Below, in pieces: positions 1-9,095 of a stretch of 37,526 nucleotides of DNA (position 1 is its first letter; every line of letters begins with the position of its first letter). The translations under genes and the position numbers were made by a program. A model generated the notes under the pieces. The model did no database searches, had not been told where the DNA came from, and saw only the letters and a program-made list of their open reading frames with translations. This DNA comes from Bacteroidota bacterium (lineage in GTDB: Bacteria > Bacteroidota > Bacteroidia > Flavobacteriales > Weeksellaceae), in NCBI GenBank assembly GCA_023448955.1, contig JAEXJU010000221.1, forward strand, positions 1-37,526, written 5' to 3'.

Positions 1-638
1 TTCCAGATGTCTGCAATCATTTTTGGTACAGCAAAAGTTCCCAGATTCGGATGAAAATAAATGGCACCACCTTCAAAAAAATTATATCGTCCAAAACCGT
101 CAGGCGTGGTCATTTCATTGGTCACAGGAAAACCTAAAAAAGAATCTTCCCAGCCCATAGATTTCCATTTATCCCGGATTGCGCCGTGTACTTCGTGTGC
201 TCCAGTAGTGGAACTCCAGTAGATGCTGCCACCTTCAAAATGTTGTCCTCGGCCTTTTTTTTGCGGCGTTGGAAACTCATCACTTATTGGTGCACCCAAA
301 AAATATTTCTGGTTTACGGAACTCAGTCTCCCATCTTTACCCTTTACAGACTCACCCATCATCAGATCAAGATACTCGGTCAAAATATCTCCAAAGACTG
401 CGTATGCCGTTCCGCCAGCATCTTTTACATATATGTTGCAACGGTTTCCGTCAAAAGCCATATAATATGCTTTATTATTTCCATCAAAATTGACGATATT
501 CAGATCTGATTGATTGACAGGCCTTAGCCCTAAATTTTCTCCTTTTTGTAATATGGTAGTCCGTACACCATTTTGTGCCAGTGCATTTACATTAATGATT
601 AATCCCAAAAAGAGTATAGCTTTATAAATTGTTTTCAT
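1..638 (-). CDS. Secreted LGFP-repeat protein, 3' end runs off the window
   Basis: Not in the ORF track because it is open-ended. ATG at 638 reads MKTIYKAILFLGLIINVNALAQ (signal peptide), then LGAPISDE...GQHFEGGSIYWSSTTGAHEVHGAIRDKWKSMGWEDSFLGFPVTNE...FEGGAIYF, which are typical LGFP repeats. Confidence 0.85.
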   Translation of the reverse strand, partial: MKTIYKAILFLGLIINVNALAQNGVRTTILQKGENLGLRPVNQSDLNIVNFDGNNKAYYMAFDGNRCNIYVKDAGGTAYAVFGDILTEYLDLMMGESVKGKDGRLSSVNQKYFLGAPISDEFPTPQKKGRGQHFEGGSIYWSSTTGAHEVHGAIRDKWKSMGWEDSFLGFPVTNEMTTPDGFGRYNFFEGGAIYFHPNLGTFAVPKMIADIW

Positions 639-650
639 CTCTATAAAATT

Positions 651-1262
651 TTATTTGTCATAAGAAGGAACATCGGGAATAAGATGAAAACGATAACTTT
701 TATCTTCTGCCAATTTTTTGAAATAGCCACACCCTTTTCTGTCATTAAAAAACTCATTCACATAGCCCGGCGTTGGTAGACTCAAAATATTGTTTTCAGG
801 CAAAGCTTCCTGACAGCTGAATGTAGGTCGGAAATCGCCCACCAGTTTCAATTTCTTAGATTTCAGAATAGTTGCGTCTACTGTTGCTGCCAGAAAACTG
901 TACCAATTGGTACTTCTTATCGGTAATCTGTAGCGGATAACATTATATCCTTTTTCCAAAGAAGGATATACCGCATTTTCTGGCGATATCCGTAATTTTG
1001 GTTCGTCTTTGGAAAAGTAGAAAACATTCAGCAGCGGGTTTTCTCCACGGAATAAAGCATAAACTTCATCCACTGTGAGCAGATTTTCCGGTACAGAGAC
1101 ATAAACCTCTATTTCGCTGGCAAAAGAATTGATTCTCTCCGGCTGAATGCCTGTTCTAAACTTGCTTTCCTGTTTTTGTAAAGCCATTTTTTCGTAATCT
1201 AATCTTTGTGCAAAAGCTTGAAAACTTAGTAAAAGAATAGATGATATTAATATTTTTTTCAT
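651..1262 (-). CDS. Hypothetical exported protein (203 aa)
   Basis: Start moved to ATG 1262 (MKKILISSILLLSFQAFAQ, an SPI signal peptide with Q at +1). The longer ORF-track start overlaps the upstream gene. Confidence 0.75.
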   Translation of the reverse strand: MKKILISSILLLSFQAFAQRLDYEKMALQKQESKFRTGIQPERINSFASEIEVYVSVPENLLTVDEVYALFRGENPLLNVFYFSKDEPKLRISPENAVYPSLEKGYNVIRYRLPIRSTNWYSFLAATVDATILKSKKLKLVGDFRPTFSCQEALPENNILSLPTPGYVNEFFNDRKGCGYFKKLAEDKSYRFHLIPDVPSYDK

Positions 1263-1284
1263 TTTTTTGATTTTTAGATGATTA

Positions 1285-1599
1285 CTAAAGCTTGGACTTC
1301 TGCTTAATGTTTTGACCTTTTTTAAGATTTTTGTCTGCTGGTGGAAAAGGCTGCGGATTGAGAGCTTTTCCCGCACTTTTGGATTTCAGAGGATTAGGTC
1401 TCGCCTGCTCTTCTGTTTTTACTTCCTGCTGTGGGTTTCTTTCCATTAGCATTTCTGCTTTGGATGTTTTCTTTTCCAGTTTTTTCACGTTTTTATCAAC
1501 CGTCTTGGGTGTTGTGGATTTTGGCTGGATTGGTGATGTTTGTGCCTTTGCGTTGATAGATAAAGCAAAAAATGCAATGCTGATACAGAATAATTTCAT
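1285..1599 (-). CDS. Small exported Lys/Pro-rich protein with LNPQPFPP motif (104 aa)
   Basis: ATG 1599 gives the signal peptide MKLFCISIAFFALSINAKAQ. The mature part is low-complexity and contains ALNPQPFPP. Confidence 0.7.
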   Translation of the reverse strand: MKLFCISIAFFALSINAKAQTSPIQPKSTTPKTVDKNVKKLEKKTSKAEMLMERNPQQEVKTEEQARPNPLKSKSAGKALNPQPFPPADKNLKKGQNIKQKSKL

Positions 1600-1686
1600 T
1601 ATAATATTTATTTTAAGTTGGATTAATGTAAATTGAAATTTTAACAGATTGAAAATCAAACAATAATAGTTATCATACATTTGATT

Positions 1687-2805
1687 TTATTTAATGGTGA
1701 GATAATAGCTAATCCACACTTTATCGCTTCCATCGCTTCCTATATCACTGTATTCTTTATTATTACCATTCCTTATAATTTCCTTCAGTTTAATTTCCCG
1801 GTAAGGATGGTCGCCTCCGTTGTAGTTCCATCTTCCGTTATAGTTTTCCAGTTTCAGATAATCATCAGAATTGGTAACATCTTTGTCATTAAGCCAATAA
1901 GTAATTCTTAGATAAGCATTTCCATCAATATCTGATTGCGAAATATTGTAATGTCTATGAGCGGTTCTAAAAAAATCAACATTATAATCCACCACATTCA
2001 CAGGTTGTTTTTTTTGAATATTGAAAAGACTGAAACTTTTACCATCTGCATCGGTGATTTCTTGTCCATTCCCTTTGTAAACTCTCAAATCCATCCAACC
2101 ATACAATTGAATCACTTCAGTCACATCTATCGAAACTTCAGCTCCACTAATTAAATTGGGCATAAAAGAAAGCACTTTTGTCTCATCATTGGGTGGTGTA
2201 GTTGTGTTAGAATTGTTAGAATATAAAACAGATTTGTCAGGACCCCAGAAAAGTGTTCCTTTTTCAAATTGCTGGTAACGGGTGTAGCCATTGCTGAAAA
2301 TCTCCATCTCATCGGTTTTCGGAAAGCCCAGTTCTGGACTGTTTTCCCAACCTTTATTTTTCCAATAATCTCTGAAAGCGCCACCCACAAAGTGAGTTCC
2401 TGTGTTCGGGCTCCAATAGATACTTCCATTATCGAAGTGCACAAAAGCACCTGTCCTGTTTGGTGTATTGCTATGGTCACTTGCAGGAAAGCCCAACCAG
2501 CCGGTTTCGTAGCCTTGCGTAGCCCATTTTTTCATAATGTCTCCCCAGATTGCAAAGGCATTTTGATTCTTCGGATTGTAATAAACCCAGCCTTTTTCGT
2601 AACGCAGAAACCAACCGCCTTTACCTGCTGTGGGACGCATTTTAGCGCTTTCGCTATGGACTTTTCCCAGGTTGCGCTGTTTTGCCTTATCCGATATTTT
2701 TTGGGCTATTCCATATTCCGAATTATCATTATATGATGATAATTGTGCACTGCTTTCTGCAAATAACAGGATAAAAGCAAATAATGTTAAAAGTTTTGTA
2801 TTCAT
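1687..2805 (-). CDS. Secreted LGFP-repeat protein with unassigned C-terminal beta domain
   Basis: Signal peptide ...AESSAQ; repeats WLGFPASD...HFDNGSIYWSPNTGTHFVGGAFRDYW...ELGFPKTDE...QQFEKGTLFW. Confidence 0.85.
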   Translation of the reverse strand: MNTKLLTLFAFILLFAESSAQLSSYNDNSEYGIAQKISDKAKQRNLGKVHSESAKMRPTAGKGGWFLRYEKGWVYYNPKNQNAFAIWGDIMKKWATQGYETGWLGFPASDHSNTPNRTGAFVHFDNGSIYWSPNTGTHFVGGAFRDYWKNKGWENSPELGFPKTDEMEIFSNGYTRYQQFEKGTLFWGPDKSVLYSNNSNTTTPPNDETKVLSFMPNLISGAEVSIDVTEVIQLYGWMDLRVYKGNGQEITDADGKSFSLFNIQKKQPVNVVDYNVDFFRTAHRHYNISQSDIDGNAYLRITYWLNDKDVTNSDDYLKLENYNGRWNYNGGDHPYREIKLKEIIRNGNNKEYSDIGSDGSDKVWISYYLTIK

Positions 2806-2825
2806 GTTGGTGATGTTTAAAATGT

Positions 2826-3677
2826 TTAAGGTTCTATTTGAATATTAATCTTGTACGGAATGTTTTTTTTATCTTTCTGAACATTAGCTCCGGCACATTC
2901 GCCAAAACCAATTCCCGTTAATCCGCCTGAGGTGGCGCATTTTTTTCCTTCCAAAGAAATGTAAAGTCCGATTGGTGCATCGGGTTTTTGGATTCTGTTT
3001 TCGGGTGTTTTAAGGAATAGCTTTTGCTTGAATAACATTCCTGATGCCTGAAATTCCTGAACGGAATTGATATTAGAATCTTTGATTTCAGGAAAACGAA
3101 TCATTATACCTGCTGGGATTTTTTCTCTTACCGAATACACCATAATTGTATCCTTTATCACCTGTTTTTTTTCTCTTTCATAGATTCCAAACTGCCAGAT
3201 TTTGTCCTTGAATTCTTTCTGAATTGTGTTAGTACTTTTATCAATCAAATCTAGATAAACAGCATTTTGAGATAGAAAATCATAGGACACCGGAAGCTCG
3301 TATTTTGATTTCAGATGCTTATCTTTAGAATCCAAAATAATTTTAAAATGATCGGGATGAGTAGCCATCTCAATGTTCATTTCATCCGTCATCAGCCAAT
3401 AAAATCTTTTTCCCGGAAGCTGATACGGAAGTTTTACGCCATCCAAAATTTTTGTTGAATTCTTTATAAAACTGAATTGTTTCCTGATTTTAGAAGATTT
3501 CCCGCAAATCGTTTCGGTTTTCGGAATAATCGGTTTGCCCTTGTAGAAAACAGTTGCGGTCACAAGTTCAGGGCTGGGAAATCCGGCGAGTTCAAAACCA
3601 TAGATCAATGTATTTCTGCACTGCGAATAGCTTTCGGCAAAGAACAAACAATACAATATGATTGGTATTTTTTTCAT
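2826..3677 (-). CDS. Hypothetical exported protein (283 aa)
   Basis: Long ORF in the operon with signal peptide MKKIPIILYCLFFAESYSQ. No family recognised. Confidence 0.7.
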   Translation of the reverse strand: MKKIPIILYCLFFAESYSQCRNTLIYGFELAGFPSPELVTATVFYKGKPIIPKTETICGKSSKIRKQFSFIKNSTKILDGVKLPYQLPGKRFYWLMTDEMNIEMATHPDHFKIILDSKDKHLKSKYELPVSYDFLSQNAVYLDLIDKSTNTIQKEFKDKIWQFGIYEREKKQVIKDTIMVYSVREKIPAGIMIRFPEIKDSNINSVQEFQASGMLFKQKLFLKTPENRIQKPDAPIGLYISLEGKKCATSGGLTGIGFGECAGANVQKDKKNIPYKINIQIEP

Positions 3678-3697
3678 CAGAATATGTTTAATAATTG

Positions 3698-4474
3698 TTA
3701 TTTGCAGTTGTTATATTGATAAGTAATATTCATCCAGACCTGCTTGCGTTGGCTATCTCCCTGATTGACAAACGCGTAAGAAAAATCTTTTTCTTTGTTA
3801 AGGATTTTTTGCGAAACAGATGGACAGTCTGCTAAAAAACGACTTACTTTTTCATTGAAATTAGGAACAAAACGATCGGACTGAGCATCGAAAACTTCAT
3901 TTTGACCAGCAATTTTGATGTAAAGTTTAATTACTTTTTCGACATCTCCGAAGGAATTCTGCTGTGTGTATTCATCTTCAAAAAGTTGTAGTCTGCCATT
4001 ATTCGGCGAGATATCTTTTAGAAATTTGTAAGCTCGTTTATTCCACATATCCATAGCAGAAACAACTTCCAGTGAATAGTTTGCGCCATTGAAATAAATC
4101 CTTGCAATATCCGGCGGATAAAATGACTGATAAACATTATTACCATTTTCTTTGAATGTGATTTTCTGCACAGATGAAAACTGGTCAAAGCTGCGGATCT
4201 CTAGTTTCCCGTTGAGCATCTGTCCATTTCTGAGGTATAATGTTGCGGGCTGATTTCCCATATCATTCACATGGTGATAAAAGGAGGTGTTGCAGGAAAC
4301 TAATGTATTCAGCAAGATAAAAACAGAGATTTCCCAGCTATGTCTAAACGCCGAATAAAACGCAGCCCGACCTGAGTGGAGCTCTTTTTGTGAGGAGGTA
4401 CGACGAGCAAAAAAGCGGGAACGGAGGGCGGAATAGCTGCCCAAATTAAAAAATATGTCGTTTATTTTCATCAT
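3698..4474 (-). CDS. Putative lipoprotein with an N-terminus lengthened by an in-frame repeat element
   Basis: ATGA overlap with the upstream stop at 4471-4474; hydrophobic stretch and lipobox-like LVSC at residue 61. Confidence 0.7.
   Translation of the reverse strand: MMKINDIFFNLGSYSALRSRFFARRTSSQKELHSGRAAFYSAFRHSWEISVFILLNTLVSCNTSFYHHVNDMGNQPATLYLRNGQMLNGKLEIRSFDQFSSVQKITFKENGNNVYQSFYPPDIARIYFNGANYSLEVVSAMDMWNKRAYKFLKDISPNNGRLQLFEDEYTQQNSFGDVEKVIKLYIKIAGQNEVFDAQSDRFVPNFNEKVSRFLADCPSVSQKILNKEKDFSYAFVNQGDSQRKQVWMNITYQYNNCK
4362..4440. repeat. GC-rich palindromic REP/MITE-like element
   Basis: 79 bp with 46/79 G+C in an AT-rich gene. Terminal inverted GCAGC...GCTGC and internal stem GCTCTTTTTG...CAAAAAAGC. 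It resembles a dispersed flavobacterial repeat I recall but did not verify. Confidence 0.6.
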
Positions 4475-4923
4475 TTTGTGTTTTTTTGAAAAATATAACT
4501 TTTGCCGACTGCCATCAACAGAAATCCAAAAACGATGATGAGCAAAAGACCGGGAATCTCTCTGGCATCCAGAACGAAGATCTGTTTTGGATTTTCAGGA
4601 TTATAAACAATCTGCACTTTATTATTCTGATGATAGCCTGTGAAATTGAAAATCTGCATCACGCGGCTGTGAGATTCTGTTTCGAGGCCGTTTTCTGTAC
4701 GGAATGTCACAAACGGACTTCTTCCTCTGAAGGGATTTTTGAAACTTGAATTTTCATTTGGAACTTTTCTGGCTCCATTCTGGTGCACCACAAAACCTGA
4801 AACGACAGCTTCCGACTTTTTACCGTAGAAAACTACGTTTATGATGCTAAAAGCGTAACCCAAAATTGCCAACCCCACTAGCAGGGAAATAATTCCGATG
4901 ATTTTTTTGTTTCTGATGACCAT
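4471..4923 (-). CDS. DUF3592-like membrane protein
   Basis: N- and C-terminal transmembrane helices flank a beta region with PFVTF and KVQIVYNPENP motifs. Confidence 0.7.
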   Translation of the reverse strand: MVIRNKKIIGIISLLVGLAILGYAFSIINVVFYGKKSEAVVSGFVVHQNGARKVPNENSSFKNPFRGRSPFVTFRTENGLETESHSRVMQIFNFTGYHQNNKVQIVYNPENPKQIFVLDAREIPGLLLIIVFGFLLMAVGKSYIFQKNTK

Positions 4924-4973
4924 TGCTGAAGAATTTCTACTTCAAAACTGCAACTAAAAAAGTCAAAAAAAAT

Positions 4974-4995
4974 TCCGCATTTTGTGAAATGCGGA
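4974..4995 (-). terminator. Hairpin TCCGCATTT-N4-AAATGCGGA, probable terminator after the LytTR gene
   Basis: Perfect 9-bp stem followed on the minus strand by ATTTTTTTT. Confidence 0.55.
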
Positions 4996-5014
4996 GATGG
5001 ATTTCTGAAGTGAG
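4981..5014 (-). promoter_or_regulatory. Candidate LytTR binding direct repeat
   Basis: TTTGTGAAATGCG (4981) and TTTCTGAAGTGAG (5002) are 10/13 identical with a 21-bp period. They lie between the LytTR gene and the downstream operon. Confidence 0.55.
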
Positions 5015-5065
5015 TTTTTGATTGATTTCTAACCCATTACAATGTTATTTTTAAAACAAAACAAT

Positions 5066-5806
5066 TTAGATTTTATTGAAAAGCCCTAAAAATTCTGACT
5101 TTTTATTTCTGCTTAACGCAATATTTTTACCATCTTCCATTACAATATCGCCACCCTCGCCACGGATGTATTGCTTAATATTTTTCAGGTTGATAATGAA
5201 TGATTTCTGTGCACGGAAGAAAAGCGAATTATCCTGTAGAATATCCTCAAAATTAGATAAAGGCTTGCTTGCTAAATGTTTGGTTTTATCATTCATTATA
5301 ATGTGTGTGTAGGAACCATCTGCCTCCAGATAGGAAATATTATCTATCTTGATAAAAACCAATCCCTGCTGTGTGGAAAGTGCCAATGTATCCTGGATTT
5401 TCCCGCTTGAGAACTGATGAACCTGAGCAAGCTGTGCTTTGGAAGTCTGCAATGCACTGGTTTTATATTTTTGAATACTTTCTTCCAGATCCTCAGCAGA
5501 AATGGGTTTTAGAAGATAATCCAGCGCATTCATTTTCAGAGCTTTGATAGCGTATTGGTCATAAGCTGTGGTAAAAATTACTTTAAAAAAAAGTGTTTCA
5601 AACTGTTTCAGCAGTTCGAAACCATTCATCACTGGCATTTCTATATCCAAAAAGACAATATCTGGGCGGTATTTTTCTATCAATTCCTTTGCGGAAGTGC
5701 TGTCCTGAGTGGCTGCTACCATTTCTACATCGGGATGTTCAGAAATCAGATGTTCCAGCGTGATGATGCAGTGTTTTTCATCATCTACAATCATTGTTTT
5801 AATCAT
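5066..5806 (-). CDS. LytTR-family response regulator
   Basis: Start MIKTMIVDDE (ATG 5806, overlapping the kinase stop); receiver motifs FLDIEMP, FTTAYDQYA and DYLLKP; C-terminal LytTR domain (YLEADGSY, FFRAQKSFIIN). Confidence 0.93.
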   Translation of the reverse strand: MIKTMIVDDEKHCIITLEHLISEHPDVEMVAATQDSTSAKELIEKYRPDIVFLDIEMPVMNGFELLKQFETLFFKVIFTTAYDQYAIKALKMNALDYLLKPISAEDLEESIQKYKTSALQTSKAQLAQVHQFSSGKIQDTLALSTQQGLVFIKIDNISYLEADGSYTHIIMNDKTKHLASKPLSNFEDILQDNSLFFRAQKSFIINLKNIKQYIRGEGGDIVMEDGKNIALSRNKKSEFLGLFNKI

Positions 5807-8753
5807 AATATACAATTTTAAGTTCCACCATTGTTCCCGCAGCATTGCCCTTTTCGTCTTCCATATCAGTAATGATGATCTGATTGGCAGGATTCAGCAA
5901 TTCGAGTCTTTCCTTCGTAATTTCTATGCCGTAAGATTTGTGTTTTATCTGTTCTTTTTTAAGTTCTGCGGAAGCCTTTCTGCCAATTCCATTGTCTGTA
6001 ATTTTTATACTAAGCAAGGCTTCTGATATCTGCATAATCTTGATATGGACATTACCATTTTCTTTCTTATTGTTCAAGCCATGCCAGATCGCATTCTCTA
6101 CAAAAGGCTGAAGAATAAGCGGCGGAACTTGCACAAAACCGGCATCCAGATTATTGTCTATTTCTATTTCATAGTCAAAGCTGTTTTCCAGCCTTGCCAT
6201 CTCAAGTTTCATATACATCTCAAGTGTTTCGATTTCTTTTTCCAGGCTAATGGATTCCTGCCGGGAATTATCCAAAATACTTCTCATCAGTTTAGAAAAA
6301 GTATTGAGATATATACTTGCTTCCCTGCTTTTTTGCTGTACGATAAAACTGTTGATAGAGTTCAGCGAGTTAAACAAAAAATGTGGGTTCATCTGAGAAC
6401 GCAGAGTCTGCATCTCTACATCCTTCACCCGTTGTTTCAGGTGGCTTTTTTCTTTTTCCTGATTCAGAAAATAACGCGCAATGAGATAACCGCAGAATCC
6501 AAGCAATCCTATAACCAATATTATAAACCATATTGTGAGATAAAAAGGAGGATTGACTTTTAAATTGATTTTCAGCTCCTTAGATTGCCAATTTCCTAGA
6601 TTGTCTCCAGCTTGTATGATGATTCTGTAATTGCCGGGCGGAAGTTTTATTAATGACAATTTCGGGTTGGTTCCCAGATAATTCCACTTAGATTCATCAG
6701 AAAAACGGTAGCGGTAAACTATTTTTTCGTTATCAGAATAAGTAAGTGCCGAAAAATTGAAATCCAACTCTGTAAAATTGTAATCAAAAGTAAAATTATC
6801 CGATAAAAAAGGGATTTTCACATTGTCTTTTATAACCGATGTAAGCGATAATTTATTAATCAATTGAGTTTTGACCAGGTTTTCTAAATTCAGAATCTGA
6901 ATTCCGCTGTCTGATGCCAACGCAATCCTGTCATCAAAAAATTTATAAAAACCAAATGTTACATCATTACTCTCTAAACCGTCTATCTGAGAGATCCTGA
7001 TAATCTTGTCCGTAACAAAACTGTACTGATAGAGTCCTTCTGCAGTAGCAAACCATATATTCCCATGAGAATCTTCTGCGATGCCTTCCAGATGATCGTT
7101 GGCAACTTTATACTTTTCTGTAAAAAAAGAATGGATAATTTTCCCATTGGGTGATACCAGATTCCAGCCGCCGTAACCGGAAAAAAGCAAGTTCCGGTCT
7201 TTGGTAAATGCGATCCTGTTATAATAATCGGTGATAAATTTTGAGGTATTATTAAAAGATTTAAGATTGTTTATTTCTTTGAAAATCAAATCAACATCAT
7301 CATAATATGAGATTCCGTAATCTTTAGGCATCCAGCTTGCCAACCATATTTTTTTATCTGTCCCAATTGCAATATCATTACTGGTATTCATTTTCCAATA
7401 ATTTAGAGTATTGCGAACTATATTTTTTTTCTCTGTAAAAGTAGTCGCGTCAAATACTTTGATTCCGTTTTTCTCAGTTAAAATCCACCATTGATTTTGA
7501 TGATCTTTAATCATTTTTTTGACAGGAAAAGGCAAAGCAATTATTTTTTTAACTTTTTTATTTTCAATAATATAAATACCATCATCAGCAGAAATAAGCA
7601 TCTGGCCATCATAGAAAATATTGGTGAAGATCAATTTGGGATCATCCGGCAAAATCTTTTCCTGTTTCCCATCATTTTTTAAACAATAAATTTCTGAAGT
7701 GCCGTTTACCATCCAAAGATTCTTGTCTCTATCTTCAGCAAAAGCTGTTATGGTCTGATGATTTTTTCTTGGAATAGTGATGTTTGTAATACTTTCCTGA
7801 TATGAAACTATCTTTTGGAGTCCACGATTGGTTCCTACCCAAATGATTTTGGTTTCGTCATCATAAAAAACCGTATTAATTTCATTTTTAGTTTCAAAAA
7901 TCAGTTCGGATGTATCGCTTTTAAAATTGTAACTGTAGATGTTATTTTTATTGAAAACAAGGATTTGATTACTATTTTTTGGTGATGACTGAACTATATG
8001 TAACGCTAAACCTGGAAAAGATTTTACTGGATTAACCTTTCCATTTGTAATATTATATTTAAATAATCTCCCTGAAAAATCAGCCAGAAGAATCTCACTA
8101 TCATTAATATAATATCCGGAACAGAAAGCATTTTCTGCTAAAAAAAGAAGTTTGTGTTTTGAAACTTTTTTGAATTGCTCATCCCAGACAAAAATTCCTT
8201 TCGGAGTTGCTGCCCATATTTCTTTTTTACGAACCTGAAAAAACTGCAACTGATTTTCGCTTAGATTCCCTAGATCGTCAATTCTCCAACTTTTTATTTT
8301 GCCGTTTTCAAGAAATTTTAGATTATTCTGATCACTGCACCAAATCCGATCATTGTAATCCTGAAAAATATTATCGTAATGGTCGCTATTGGTATCGGCA
8401 TCATAAAAATTGACTCTAGTGAGTGTTTTATGTTTTCCATAAAAATTTTTAAGTTCACAGATTCCTTTGTTTCCTGAACTTAAAAACAACCCTTTTCCTA
8501 CAAAAAGTGAACTAACAGTTTCCGTAAAAACGTTATGTGCCATGAACCTGTAACCATCGTAAATGCAAAGCCCTCGTTGTGTACCAAGATAGAGATGACC
8601 TTCTTTCTTAATTATAGAAAGTACATTGTCAGATGGCAATCCATCATTATATTTATAAGTCTGAATTTTATACGCAGACTGCCCAAAACAGACATTCCCT
8701 GTCAAGTTTACCAGCAGAAAAAAACTCAGAAAGGTGGAGATATGTATTTTCAT
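5799..8753 (-). CDS. LytS-type sensor histidine kinase with periplasmic beta-propeller and Y_Y_Y domains
   Basis: Signal peptide; DGLPSDNV and IAEDSHGNIWFAT propeller repeats; YRYRF...LPPGNY (Y_Y_Y); transmembrane helix; LRSQMNPHFLFNSLNSI; LQPFVENAIWHG; DNGIG. Confidence 0.93.
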   Translation of the reverse strand: MKIHISTFLSFFLLVNLTGNVCFGQSAYKIQTYKYNDGLPSDNVLSIIKKEGHLYLGTQRGLCIYDGYRFMAHNVFTETVSSLFVGKGLFLSSGNKGICELKNFYGKHKTLTRVNFYDADTNSDHYDNIFQDYNDRIWCSDQNNLKFLENGKIKSWRIDDLGNLSENQLQFFQVRKKEIWAATPKGIFVWDEQFKKVSKHKLLFLAENAFCSGYYINDSEILLADFSGRLFKYNITNGKVNPVKSFPGLALHIVQSSPKNSNQILVFNKNNIYSYNFKSDTSELIFETKNEINTVFYDDETKIIWVGTNRGLQKIVSYQESITNITIPRKNHQTITAFAEDRDKNLWMVNGTSEIYCLKNDGKQEKILPDDPKLIFTNIFYDGQMLISADDGIYIIENKKVKKIIALPFPVKKMIKDHQNQWWILTEKNGIKVFDATTFTEKKNIVRNTLNYWKMNTSNDIAIGTDKKIWLASWMPKDYGISYYDDVDLIFKEINNLKSFNNTSKFITDYYNRIAFTKDRNLLFSGYGGWNLVSPNGKIIHSFFTEKYKVANDHLEGIAEDSHGNIWFATAEGLYQYSFVTDKIIRISQIDGLESNDVTFGFYKFFDDRIALASDSGIQILNLENLVKTQLINKLSLTSVIKDNVKIPFLSDNFTFDYNFTELDFNFSALTYSDNEKIVYRYRFSDESKWNYLGTNPKLSLIKLPPGNYRIIIQAGDNLGNWQSKELKINLKVNPPFYLTIWFIILVIGLLGFCGYLIARYFLNQEKEKSHLKQRVKDVEMQTLRSQMNPHFLFNSLNSINSFIVQQKSREASIYLNTFSKLMRSILDNSRQESISLEKEIETLEMYMKLEMARLENSFDYEIEIDNNLDAGFVQVPPLILQPFVENAIWHGLNNKKENGNVHIKIMQISEALLSIKITDNGIGRKASAELKKEQIKHKSYGIEITKERLELLNPANQIIITDMEDEKGNAAGTMVELKIVYYD

Positions 8754-9095
8754 TCATTCTGACTACATTTTCAAATTTAGTATTTTATTGATGCGAAACC
8801 ATCAGATATTTTATGAAATGCTAGAACGAATTGATAAAATGCTATTGAGTTTTAATCACCAAAGCCTTATTCGACGAAATTAACACTGATACAAGAACTT
8901 ACTCAGTGGTTAAGCTGATTATTTGCAAAACTGAAAGTAAATAAAACACATCTAAATATTTTAGGCAACTTTATATTTTTAGTGTATCCAATCAAAAAAA
9001 TAAAAGTTTAGGTGTCTAAAGTATATATAAAAAATGACATCTGTTAGAAGAATGTGAAGCCATTTTTTATTTAATTAAAATATTACTTTGTGCTT

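Noticed and set aside
186..509. Three overlapping plus-strand ORFs
   Set aside because: They are antisense shadows of the minus-strand LGFP gene at 1-638.
8760..9095. Long intergenic gap as a possible sRNA or gene remnant
   Set aside because: I found only the kinase promoter (TAAATTTG, 8772-8779) and a 21-codon ORF with no recognisable features or stable structure.
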